In this document: positions 1 through 12,274 of the stretch, piece by piece
Numbering within the stretch: the first letter of the stretch is position 1
Layout: each line of letters opens with the position of its first letter
Assembly (NCBI GenBank): GCA_030141605.1
Contig: JAQGDQ010001645.1
Location: forward strand, 1 to 30,972
DNA from: Tubiluchus corallicola
Lineage: Eukaryota > Animalia > Priapulida
Length of the DNA: 30,972 nt
Direction of reading: 5' to 3'
The notes under the pieces: generated by a model
The model's input: the letters and a program-made list of their open reading frames with translations, nothing else
The model's database searches: none
What the model was told of the DNA's origin: nothing
Position numbers and translations under genes: made by a program

Positions 1-3000
1 TGCCGTTTATTAGACTCAGGGTTTAATGTAAACACTCTTGTATTGTTGTGTGGTGTCTTAAACATAAACAAACTACAGTAGGTGTTGTTTATTAGACTCA
101 GGGTTTAATGTAAACATTCTTGTATTGTTGTGTGATGTCTTAAACGTAAACAAACTACAGTAGGTGTTGTTTATTAGACTCAGGGTTTAATGTAAACACT
201 CTTGTATTGTTGTGTGATGTCTTAAACATAAACAAACAACAGTAGGTGTTGTTTATTAGACTCAGGGTTTAATGTAAACACTCTTGTATTGTTGTGTGAT
301 GTCTTAAACATAAACAAACAACAGTAGGTGTTGTTTATTAGACTCAGGGTTTAATGTAAACACTCTTGTATTGTTGTGTGATGTCTTAAACATAAACAAA
401 CAACAGTAGGTGTTGTTTATTAGACTCAGGGTTTAATGTAAACACTCTTGTATTGTTGTGTGATGTCTTAAACATAAACAAACTACAGTAGGTGTTGTTT
501 ATTAGACTCATGGTTTAATGTAAACATTCTTGTATTGTTGTGTGGTGTCTTAAACATAAACAAACAACAGTAGGTGCCGTTTATTAGACTCAGGGTTTAA
601 TGTAAACATTCTTGTATTGTTGTGTGGTGTCTTAAACATAAACAAACTACAGTAGGTGTTGTTTATTAGACTCATGGTTTAATGTAAACACTTTTGTATT
701 GTTGTGTGATGTCTTAAACATAAACAAACTACAGTAGGTGTTGTTTATTAGACTCATGGTTTAATGTAAACATTCTTGTATTGTTGTGTGGTGTCTTAAA
801 CGTAAACAAACTACAGTAGGTGTTGTTTATTAGACTCAGGGTTTAATGTAAACACTCTTGTATTGTTGTGTGATGTCTTAAATGTAAACAAACTACAGTA
901 GGTGTTGTTTATTAGACTCAGGGTTTAATGTAAACACTCTTGTATTGTTGTGTGATGTCTTAAACATAAACAAACTACAGTAGGTGTTGTTTATTAGACT
1001 CAGGGTTTAATGTAAACACTCTTGTATTGTTGTGTGATGTCTTAAACGTAAACAAACTACAGTAAGTGTTGTTTATTAGACTCAGGGTTTAATGTAAACA
1101 CTCTTGTATTGTTGTGTGATGTCTTAAACGTAAACAAACTACAGTAGGTGCCGTTTATTAGACTCAGGGTTTAATGTAAACATTCTTGCATTGTTGTGTT
1201 GTGTCTTAAACATAAACAAACTACAGTAGGTGTTGTTTATTAGACTCAGGGTTTAATGTAAACACTCTTGTATTGTTGTGTGATGTCTTAAACGTAAACA
1301 AACTACAGTAGGTGTTGTTTATTAGACTCAGGGTTTAATGTAAACATTCTTGTATTGTTGTGTGATGTCTTAAACGTAAACAAACTACAGTAGGTGCCGT
1401 TTATTAGACTCAGGGTTTAATGTAAACATTCTTGTATTGTTGTGTGGTGTCTTAAACATAAACAAACTACAGTAGGTGTTGTTTATTAGACTCAGGGTTT
1501 AATGTAAACACTCTTGTATTGTTGTGTGATGTCTTAAACGTAAACAAACTACAGTAGGTGTTGTTTATTAGACTCAGGGTTTAATGTAAACATTCTTGTA
1601 TTGTTATGTGATGTCTTAAACGTAAACAAACTACAGTAGGTGTTGTTTATTAGACTCAGGGTTTAATGTAAACATTCTTGTATTGTTGTGTGATGTCTTA
1701 AACGTAAACAAACTACAGTAGGTGTTGTTTATTAGACTCAGGGTTTAATGTAAACATTCTTGTATTGTTGTGTGATGTCTTAAACGTAAACAAACTACAG
1801 TAGGTGCCGTTTATTAGACTCAGGGTTTAATGTAAACATTCTTGCATTGTTGTGTGGTGTCTTAAACGTAAACAAACTACAGTAGGTGTTGTTTATTAGA
1901 CTCAGGGTTTAATGTAAACACTCTTGTATTGTTGTGTGATGTCTTAAACGTAAACAAACTACAGTAGGTGTTGTTTATTAGACTCAGGGTTTAATGTAAA
2001 CATTCTTGTATTGTTGTGTGATGTCTTAAACGTAAACAAACTACAGTAGGTGTTGTTTATTAGACTCAGGGTTTAATGTAAACATTCTTGTATTGTTGTG
2101 TGATGTCTTAAACGTAAACAAACAACAGTAGGTGCCGTTTATTAGACTCAGGGTTTAATGTAAACACTCTTGTATTGTTATGTGGTATCTTAAACGTAAA
2201 CAAACTACAGTAGGTGTTGTTTATTAGACTCATGGTTTAATGTAAACACTCTTGTATTGTTGTGTGATGTCTTAAACGTAAACAAACAACAGTAGGTGTT
2301 GTTTATTAGACTCATGGTTTAATGTAAACACTCTTGTATTGTTGTGTGATGTCTTAAACGTAAACAAACACAGTAGGTGCCGTTTATTAGACTCATGGTT
2401 TAATGTAAACACTCTTGTATTGTTGTGTGATGTCTTAAACGTAAACAAACAACAGTAGGTGTTGTTTATTAGACTCATGGTTTAATGTAAACACTCTTGT
2501 ATTGTTGTGTGATGTCTTAAACGTAAACAAACAACAGTAGGTGTTGTTTATTAGACTCATGGTTTAATGTAAACACTCTTGTATTGTTGTGTGATGTCTT
2601 AAACGTAAACAAACAACAGTAGGTGTTGTTTATTAGACTCATGGTTTAATGTAAACATTCTTGTATTGTTATGTGATGTCTTAAACGTAAACAAACAACA
2701 GTAGGTGTTGTTTATTAGACTCAGGGTTTAATGTAAACATTCTTGTATTGTTGTGTGATGTCTTAAACATAAACAAACTACAGTAGGTGTTGTTTATTAG
2801 ACTCAGGGTTTAATGTAAACACTCTTGTATTGTTATGTGATGTCTTAAACGTAAACAAACTACAGTAGGTGTTGTTTATTAGACTCATGGTTTAATGTAA
2901 ACACTCTTGTATTGTTATGTGATGTCTTAAACGTAAACAAACAACAGTAGGTGCCGTTTATTAGACTCAGGGTTTAATGTAAACACTCTTGTATTGTTAT

Positions 3001-6000
3001 GTGATGTCTTAAACGTAAACAAACAACAGTAGGTGCCGTTTATTAGACTCAGGGTTTAATGTAAACATTCTTGCATTGTTGTGTGGTGTCTTAAACGTAA
3101 ACAAACTACAGTAGGTGTTGTTTATTAGACTCATGGTTTAATGTAAACATTCTTGTATTGTTATGTGATGTCTTAAACGTAAACAAACAACAGTAGGTGT
3201 TGTTTATTAGACTCAGGGTTTAATGTAAACACTCTTGTATTGTTATGTGATGTCTTAAACGTAAACAAACAACAGTAGGTGCCGTTTATTAGACTCAGGG
3301 TTTAATGTAAACATTCTTGCATTGTTGTGTGGTGTCTTAAACATAAACAAACTACAGAAGGTGTTGTTTATTAGACTCAGGGTTTAATGTAAACATTCTT
3401 GTATTGTTGTGTGGTGTCTTAAACGTAAACAAACACAGTAGGTGCCGTTTATTAGACTCAGGGTTTAATGTAAACACTCTTGTATTGTTGTGTGATGTCT
3501 TAAACATAAACAAACTACAGTAGGTGCCGTTTATTAGACTCAGGGTTTAATGTAAACATTCTTGTATTGTTGTGTGATGTCTTAAACGTAAACAAACTAC
3601 AGTATGTGTTGTTTATTAGACTCATGGTTTAATGTAAACATTCTTGTATTGTTGTGTGATGTCTTAAACGTAAACAAACTACAGTAGGTGCCGTTTATTA
3701 GACTCAGGGTTTAATGTAAACACTCTTGTATTGTTGTGTGGTGTCTTAAACATAAACAAACTACAGTAGGTGTTGTTTATTAGACTCAGGGTTTAATGTA
3801 AACACTCTTGTATTGTTGTGTGGTGTCTTAAACATAAACAAACTACAGTAGGTGTTGTTTATTAGACTCAGGGTTTAATGTAAACACTCTTGTATTGTTA
3901 TGTGATGTCTTAAACGTAAACAAACTACAGTAGGTGTTGTTTATTAGACTCAGGGTTTAATGTAAACATTCTTGTATTGTTGTGTGGTGTCTTAAACATA
4001 AACAAACTACAGTAGGTGCCGTTTATTAGACTCAGGGTTTAATGTAAACATTCTTGTATTGTTGTGTGGTGTCTTAAACATAAACAAACTACAGTAGGTG
4101 CCGTTTATTAGACTCAGGGTTTAATGTAAACACTCTTGTATTGTTGTGTGGTGTCTTAAACATAAACAAACTACAGAAGGTGTTGTTTATTAGACTCAGG
4201 GTTTAATGTAAACATTCTTGTATTGTTATGTGATGTCTTAAACGTAAACAAACAACAGTAGGTGTTGTTTATTAGACTCAGGGTTTAATGTAAACACTCT
4301 TGTATTGTTGTGTGGTGTCTTAAATGTAAACAAACTACAGAAGGTGTTGTTTATTAGACTCAGGGTTTAATGTAAACATTCTTGTATTGTTGTGTGGTGT
4401 CTTAAACATAAACAAACTACAGTAGGTGCCGTTTATTAGACTCAGGGTTTAATGTAAACATTCTTGTATTGTTGTGTGGTGTCTTAAACATAAACAAACT
4501 ACAGTAGGTGTTGTTTATTAGACTCAGGGTTTAATGTAAACATTCTTGTATTGTTGTGTGGTGTCTTAAACATAAACAAACTACAGAAGGTGTTGTTTAT
4601 TAGACTCAGGGTTTAATGTAAACATTCTTGTATTGTTGTGTGATGTCTTAAACGTAAACAAACTACAGTAGGTGTTGTTTATTAGACTCAGGGTTTAATG
4701 TAAACACTCTTGTATTGTTATGTGATGTCTTAAACGTAAACAAACAACAGTAGGTGTTGTTTATTAGACTCAGGGTTTAATGTAAACACTCTTGTATTGT
4801 TGTGTGGTGTCTTAAACATAAACAAACTACAGAAGGTGTTGTTTATTAGACTCAGGGTTTAATGTAAACATTCTTGTATTGTTGTGTGATGTCTTAAACA
4901 TAAACAAACTACAGTAGGTGTTGTTTATTAGACTCAGGGTTTAATGTAAACATTCTTGTATTGTTGTGTGGTGTCTTAAACGTAAACAAACTACAGTAGG
5001 TGTTGTTTATTAGACTCAGGGTTTAATGTAAACATTCTTGCATTGTTGTGTTGTGTCTTAAACATAAACAAACTACAGTAGGTGTTGTTTATTAGACTCA
5101 GGGTTTAATGTAAACACTCTTGTATTGTTGTGTGGTGTCTTAAACATAAACAAACTACAGTAGGTGTTGTTTATTAGACTCAGGGTTTAATGTAAACATT
5201 CTTGTATTGTTGTGTGATGTCTTAAACGTAAACAAACTACAGTAGGTGTTGTTTATTAGACTCAGGGTTTAATGTAAACATTCTTGTATTGTTGTGTGAT
5301 GTCTTAAACGTAAACAAACTACAGTAGGTGTTGTTTATTAGACTCAGGGTTTAATGTAAACATTCTTGTATTGTTGTGTGATGTCTTAAACGTAAACAAA
5401 CTACAGTAGGTGTTGTTTATTAGACTCAGGGTTTAATGTAAACATTCTTGTATTGTTGTGTGATGTCTTAAACGTAAACAAACTACAGTAGGTGTTGTTT
5501 ATTAGACTCAGGGTTTAATGTAAACACTCTTGTATTGTTGTGTGATGTCTTAAACATAAACAAACTACAGTAGGTGTTGTTTATTAGACTCAGGGTTTAA
5601 TGTAAACACTCTTGTATTGTTGTGTGATGTCTTAAACGTAAACAAACTACAGTAGGTGTTGTTTATTAGACTCAGGGTTTAATGTAAACATTCTTGTATT
5701 GTTGTGTGGTGTCTTAAATGTAAACAAACTACAGTAGGTGTTGTTTATTAGACTCAGGGTTTAATGTAAACATTCTTGTATTGTTGTGTGGTGTCTTAAA
5801 CATAAACAAACTACAGTAGGTGTTGTTTATTAGACTCAGGGTTTAATGTAAACATTCTTGTATTGTTGTGTGGTGTCTTAAATGTAAACAAACTACAGTA
5901 GGTGTTGTTTATTAGACTCAGGGTTTAATGTAAACATTCTTGTATTGTTGTGTGGTGTCTTAAATGTAAACAAACTACAGTAGGTGTTGTTTATTAGACT

Positions 6001-7278
6001 CAGGGTTTAATGTAAACACTCTTGTATTGTTGTGTGATGTCTTAAACGTAAACAAACTACAGAAGGTGTTGTTTATTAGACTCAGGGTTTAATGTAAACA
6101 TTCTTGTATTGTTGTGTGATGTCTTAAACATAAACAAACTACAGTAGGTGTTGTTTATTAGACTCAGGGTTTAATGTAAACATTCTTGTATTGTTGTGTG
6201 ATGTCTTAAACGTAAACAAACTACAGTAGGTGTTGTTTATTAGACTCAGGGTTTAATGTAAACATTCTTGTATTGTTGTGTGATGTCTTAAACGTAAACA
6301 AACTACAGTAGGTGTTGTTTATTAGACTCAGGGTTTAATGTAAACATTCTTGCATTGTTGTGTGATGTCTTAAACATAAACAAACTACAGTAGGTGTTGT
6401 TTATTAGACTCAGGGTTTAATGTAAACACTCTTGTATTGTTGTGTGATGTCTTAAACATAAACAAACTACAGTAGGTGTTGTTTATTAGACTCAGGGTTT
6501 AATGTAAACACTCTTGTATTGTTGTGTGATGTCTTAAACATAAACAAACACAGTAGGTGTTGTTTATTGACTCAGGGTTTAATGTAAACACTCTTGTATT
6601 GTTGTGTGATGTCTTAAACAAACAAACTACAGTAGGTGTTAAACATAAACATTCTTGTATTGTTGTGTGTGTCTTAAACATAAACAAACACAGTAGGTGG
6701 TTTATTAGACTCAGGGTTTAATGTAAACATTGTATTGTTTGTGTGTCTAAATAAACAAACTACAGTAGGTGTTGTTTATTAGACTCATGGTTTAATGTAA
6801 ACACTCTTGTATTGTTGTGTGATGTCTTAAACATAAACAAACTACAGTAGGTGTTGTTTATTAGACTCATGGTTTAATGTAAACATTCTTGTATTGTTGT
6901 GTGGTGTCTTAAACGTAAACAAACTACAGTAGGTGTTGTTTATTAGACTCAGGGTTTAATGTAAACACTCTTGTATTGTTGTGTGATGTCTTAAACATAA
7001 ACAAACTACAGTAGGTGCCGTTTATTAGACTCATGGTTTAATGTAAACATTCTTGTATTGTTGTGTGATGTCTTAAACGTAAACAAACTACAGTATGTGT
7101 TGTTTATTAGACTCAGGGTTTAATGTAAACATTCTTGCATTGTTGTGTGGTGTCTTAAACGTAAACAAACTACAGTAGGTGCCGTTTATTAGACTCAGGG
7201 TTTAATGTAAACACTCTTGTATTGTTGTGTGGTGTCTTAAACATAAACAAACTACAGTAGGTGCCGTTTATTAGACTC
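1..7278. repeat. 82-bp tandem satellite, about 89 copies in the window, runs off the left edge
   Basis: Unit GTTTATTAGACTCAGGGTTTAATGTAAACAYTCTTGTATTGTTGTGTGRTGTCTTAAACRTAAACAAACWACAGTAGGTGYY. TAGACTCA recurs at 11, 93 and onward (period 82). The array ends abruptly at TTAGACTC 7278. Confidence 0.99.
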
Positions 7279-7358
7279 CTTTTGAAGCTTTAGAAGTTTT
7301 TGAAGCTTTTCACAGAATATTTAATTAGCTAACTTCTTGCTGTTGCCACTTATACAGT

Positions 7359-7843
7359 CAGGGATGAGAATTTCCCCCGGATACCCGGAATTCCGAGTTT
7401 TTGGAAGACCAGTAGTGCCATTTTTGTAAATCGCGTAAATTTGTTGAGAAAATTTTTACGGACCCAGTACATTATTTCACAAGCTGCCCGCTAGGTGGCA
7501 GACCATCACTTTGTTTACATCACGTACATCAGTGTAACCACGTGTATATCTCTATGTATAAAAATATAGAATCAATTGTGTGGAGTTATTTGAGTTAATT
7601 GCAGACAGTTTTTATATACTTTTGCATAGGAGCGCCCAGTACTTAGGTGTTTTTGAGACAATTAGGTATCATGTATCCTTGATAGTTGGGTATTTTAAAT
7701 TATGCATGAAACAAGGTAACTGATATTTTAAGTCCACTTAGAGGCTCTCTATGGTCACAAAATTGCAATTTGTTGCTGGCTGCGCGGGACCCAAACCCCC
7801 GGCCTGTTTCAGAGTTTTTTGCAATTTGTCATTCTCATCCCTG
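7359..7843. mobile_element. MITE with 13-bp perfect terminal inverted repeats (hAT-like CAGGG termini)
   Basis: CAGGGATGAGAAT (7359-7371) and ATTCTCATCCCTG (7831-7843), with a non-coding interior. There is no 8-bp TSD; only AGT is repeated on both flanks. Confidence 0.75.
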
Positions 7844-8182
7844 AGTTTATCGTCTCAGAATTATTTTAGCTCATTTGTTCTGGTAATTAACTAATTTTTT
7901 TTAAACGGTCTGTAAATGATTCTGATTTCAGGCGATGTTTCATTTTCAAACTCAAACAACCAAGTGTTTAGTTTGTCACGAGAAGAACCGTTCCGTTACC
8001 GTTCTGCCGTGCAACCACTACGTATTGTGCGACCAATGTGCTCCGCTACAGAATCAGTGCCCGTACTGCCACCAGACCATAGTCCAGAAGTCCAGTCTCC
8101 TCGTGGGATTATAACAGATCTGACTTGTAGGATTTTCAAATTTGTAGACATCGAATTTTTTAGCGTGCGAGCGGTTTGGTGA

Positions 8183-8251
8183 CGTTTCGGCGTGAAAGTG
8201 CGGTGAACGTGCGGTTCGGCGTGAAAGTGCGGTGAGCGTGCGGTTTGGCGG
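8183..8251. repeat. 29-bp GC-rich tandem repeat, about 2.4 copies
   Basis: TTCGGCGTGAAAGTGCGGTGARCGTGCGG starts at 8186 and 8215, with a partial copy at 8244. Confidence 0.85.
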
Positions 8252-9696
8252 AGTGCGATGCTTGCTGTGAAAGTGTTGATTTTAAAAGACAATTTTTCTA
8301 TGAAGTTTTAACTACAAATGCGGGTAAAGCAACAATAAAATGAAGTGATTTAGTTCTGAAATGTACATTTGACGTTAAAATGAAATCTTATTGAGTTTTA
8401 ATAATACAAGTTTTATACCTGTAATATTATTTGCTAACAAACAAATAATTCCTGTACAAACTAAGGATGCTTTCATCTAATTGTTATACTGGAATGTTTT
8501 ATGAGCAAACCTAGTGCTACCCAGTTCACACTAAAGCGGTTTATTCAGTATGCTTGGTTAACTAAGACGGAAAACCTGTGTTTGAATCCCACTCATTGGA
8601 ATAGCGCTAAAAACGGGGCACTTGCTAAATCTCTTTTTCAGGACGTGTTTTAAAAAGATTTTATGCTATATTTACCTGAAAAATCTTTTTCATAAAGATA
8701 CTAATTTCAAGTTAGTGATCAGTAAACTCTTTCAGTGTGAATAGCAGAGTTTCGGTTTGTCGACAATTGGACTTTCGATTCAGTTTCTTCTTTTTTGAAT
8801 TCATCGAGTTTTTTGAAGCCGAAATCGGTAATTCCGAGGTTTGGTCATGTTTGACCAGTTTAGCTGTTATTTTTTCCTAGATGTTAAAAACCCGTTGAAA
8901 AATCTTGACCAAAATAGCAGCTGAAATTAAATGAAAATTTCATATATCGTGCTTTTGAACAATGCGGTGCTGACGATTGAGAATTTCTCCAGGCTCCTTC
9001 AACTGAAAAATAAACGGAGTTTGAACAAAATCAAATTTAATGTCACAATTTATGAAATATAAGCAACGAAATATCTACGGCGTCATTATCTTTAACTGTA
9101 AAGTTTTTTATGCTTCTTTGATTAAGATTTCTCCTATTTTCGGTTACCTGTATTTCATAAATTTCGGTTTTGGTTTGTAATTTGAGCTCCCTGGGTGAAC
9201 GGATTGTGTGTTTACCTAAAATTATCTACGATAACATCTGAATTATCAGAACATCTCGTTAACACAGGAATTTAATGTTGAACATTTTTAAATTTAGTAC
9301 GATAAGTATATTTTTCTAACCAATTTGTCTGTTTTTTTGGGTTGTGAATGTAACAATGGTACCTCTTTGTATAGACTCTATTGCCATTGCACTATATTCT
9401 GCTGTAATTTTTCAAATTATCTGACTTTATGGTGGGTCTGTTAACACTTTTATATTTCTGTCTGCTTAATTTTAAACTGAAAATAGTTACGAAAATTGCG
9501 GTTAGTTTTTTTTATTGTACGCAACCTGTTTAGGTGCCTTCATTTACGTGACTGCAGCTTCAATGCATTGCAATAGAAATTTGCACTGATGCTACAGACA
9601 GCTTTGTTTAATCTGCATGAAAAATTGTTAAATTTAAATTGCTTTGTTTGCAGCCAGTGCTTGCTAACATAGACTGTATAATAAGTCGGTACATAC

Positions 9697-10130
9697 TAGA
9701 GTTGAGACAGTTTAACTAACCGTTTAAACGTTATTAATTGTGGTTGCGTTTAACCGTTCCCGATGATGTCATACACACATACATGTTGAACTGTACGTGA
9801 TTTGCACGTGTAAGAGGTGCGGTTCAAATCTAGCATGCGCCAGCAAGAATGTCCAACATGGCAGCATGACATTTCTCGACTGAAAAACTTTTTGCAAATT
9901 ACCATTGCCAAGATTGTCTTCTTCGGCAACCAGATTAATTGATACAATGTTGTAAATAGTTCAATTTTATGTAAGCGGTACATTGCCAACTGTGTACGCC
10001 AACTCAGAAAAGATACAAGGTTTCATTAATACATAGAAAACTTGACTGACTAACGGGTTAAATGGTTAGTAATTTTCTAAATGGTTACACTAATTAGCGG
10101 TCGGTTATATGGTTAACTGTCTCAGCCCTA
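9697..10130. mobile_element. hAT-type MITE with 8-bp TSD
   Basis: TIRs TAGAGTTGAGACAGTT and AACTGTCTCAGCCCTA (14/16 inverted match). Flanks GTACATAC (9689-9696) and GTACGTAC (10131-10138) match 7/8. Subterminal AACCG/CGGTT motifs are present. Confidence 0.85.
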
Positions 10131-10692
10131 GTACGTACAGTATGTTGATGGATAGTGTCGCCATCTGTTGAAAGTACTTGAAAATAACAAAAGACCAGTT
10201 TGAGTGTGGTAATTTTAAAAACATAGAAGTTGAATTTAGTGGAAAATTAGTTATTATTTGCGATTGAATTATGATCTTAAAGGCACTGTATGCTATGATG
10301 TCACTTACTTGTTTGAACCTGCCTCTGTTGAACCAGTGAGAGCACTGTTCACGGTTAAGCTTTTGAAATAGCGAGAATTACGCTCAAACTTTCGGAAACT
10401 GTAGAGATTTTCCCCCGAGTTGCAAAAATTTATGTAACTTTCAACTGGACAGCTTTGCTCGCTTGATTTTTGTTCATGCTAATCGACGCTACGGTTAAGT
10501 AAAGTGTGGATTATGTGACTGTATTTATATGCAGTAAATTGCGGTACTTAAGCTGTTAGAAGAAAAGCTTTGAGTTGTCACACGCGAGCGTGTCAAACGG
10601 ATTCGCTGCATGTCGAGTTTGTTCAGATTTGCAAAAGTGGAAAGCTCAGATTGGACATGTTGCATTATTCTTCTAGTGAGGTGGATTGTGAA

Positions 10693-10965
10693 AATGACCA
10701 GTCGGGGTTGATATGTCGTAATGGTCAGTCTGAGTAGGCATGTCATAATGACCAAATCATTGTAGAGGTATCGTAATGGTCAGTCAGGGTAGACATGTCG
10801 TAAGGACCAAATCATTGTAGAGGTATCGTAATGGTCACTCTGTGTAGAAATGTTATAATGGTCACTCTGGGTAGACATGTTATAATGGTCAGTCTGGGTA
10901 GGCAATGTCATAATGACCAAGTCATTGTAGAGGTATCGTTATGGTCAGTCTGGGTAGTCATTTCA
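10693..10965. repeat. Degenerate two-monomer minisatellite (27/28 bp)
   Basis: Interspersed A units TAATGGTCAGTCTGGGTAGACATGTCA and B units TAATGACCAAATCATTGTAGAGGTATCG, about 10 units in total. Confidence 0.85.
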
Positions 10966-12139
10966 TGACTGTAGATACTTGTAATGAAATGCATTGTTTG
11001 TATTTGTGGAGCCGAAACCCAAACAACCGGGGCTTAATAATACATTGTTTGCTACATCTGCTTTTAAATTTGCTCTGTGCCCATTTTAAAACATTGTTAA
11101 TTATAGAATTGGACTAGTTGCTTAGTACTGTGTATTTAAATTATTACTGTTTTAGCTCGTGTAGGCTGCATGCTTTATCATCGCCACCTGTAGATAAAAC
11201 ATTACATATATATAAATATATAAACTGATTTAGCTTTTGTTTGCTAGCAACCGTATGATTAGAATTTTCCTGGTACTTGTACCGTATATACATTGTTATT
11301 AAAATACTATGAAATTGCATATATTTTTCTTTTTCCTAAACTTACGTATGTTCTATTAACTATAATTCGTGATTATCTTGAAAAATGCAAGTTGAATTTT
11401 ATTTTAATGTCAGAAATTTTATTTTTCTTCATGATAACTAAGATAACTTCAAGATAGCTTCAAGATAACTAAGCAAGTAGTTTACCCGTGACCTGTACTT
11501 TGAGACAAATCTTCTTACCTGTGATTATAGATTGTAGAGACACTTTATTCGGACATACAAATAAACATGAAGCTAGCGTTGTAAGCATTGAGATGCATTT
11601 TGTGTTGAAGAATTTCTTGCATTTTTCTTATATATTTTAATTGCTAAAGAGCTGCGTCGTAGTTAAATAAACTGTTAGAAGTTTATTGTTCTATTTCGTT
11701 TATATTGTGAATCGTAAACAGTATTGTAGTTATTCAACCAAAAGCGTGATTCTAGTTACTCTAGTGTCGATAAAATTGTACAAAGTCTGACATGTTCTAT
11801 TTTCTGATATCGTCATGACGATCGTATGTGTACAGAAATAAAATGAAATAAAATAGAACGATATTAAACGCATTTTCTCTTGCTCGTTTATTTTTTGTGG
11901 AAAACTGAGAATCTTTTTCACTTTGACTTGAACACTGAACACTGGAAAACAGAAATTGATGTGCTGCATTCATAGGAAATAAAAAAGACTTGAAAAAAAT
12001 TAATATTGAATACATTTTTGATTTTTTTTACTACACTGTATTGACGAAACTCTAACTTTTAGAGTTTTTCTCGTAAGATGGAGCCACTTGACGTAGTGAA
12101 GTGTTTACAGTACTTAATTTTTGCCATGTAGATGAGGTG

Positions 12140-12232
12140 AGATGAATGGACAAGTGCTCAAGGTGCATGCTTTGCAATTGAGGTTAAGCAGTTCCGGGGC
12201 AGGTCGGTAACTTGATGGGTGACTGCGAATAC
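12140..12232 (+). mobile_element. Degenerate SINE-like head: tRNA A-box-like segment fused to the 3' part of 5S rRNA
   Basis: GAGGTTAAGCAGTTCCGGGGCAGGTCGGTAACTTGATGGGTGACTGCGAATAC resembles the 5S box A to box C region (GAAGTTAAGCAACG...GGTTAGTACTTGGATGGGTGACCGCC...GAATAC at 20424-20543). It is preceded by TGGACAAGTGCTCAAGG. Confidence 0.55.
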
Positions 12233-12274
12233 GATCAAATGAATTCAACATACAGTAGGAAAACTTGGTATTAA

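Noticed and set aside
2272-6687. ORFs 2272-2478 and 6499-6687
   Set aside because: They are chance open frames in the satellite created by single-base deletions.
1-7278. CRISPR array interpretation of the 82-bp array (and of the 35-, 40- and 43-bp arrays)
   Set aside because: The units are contiguous near-identical monomers with no unique spacers, no cas genes are present, and the context is eukaryotic.
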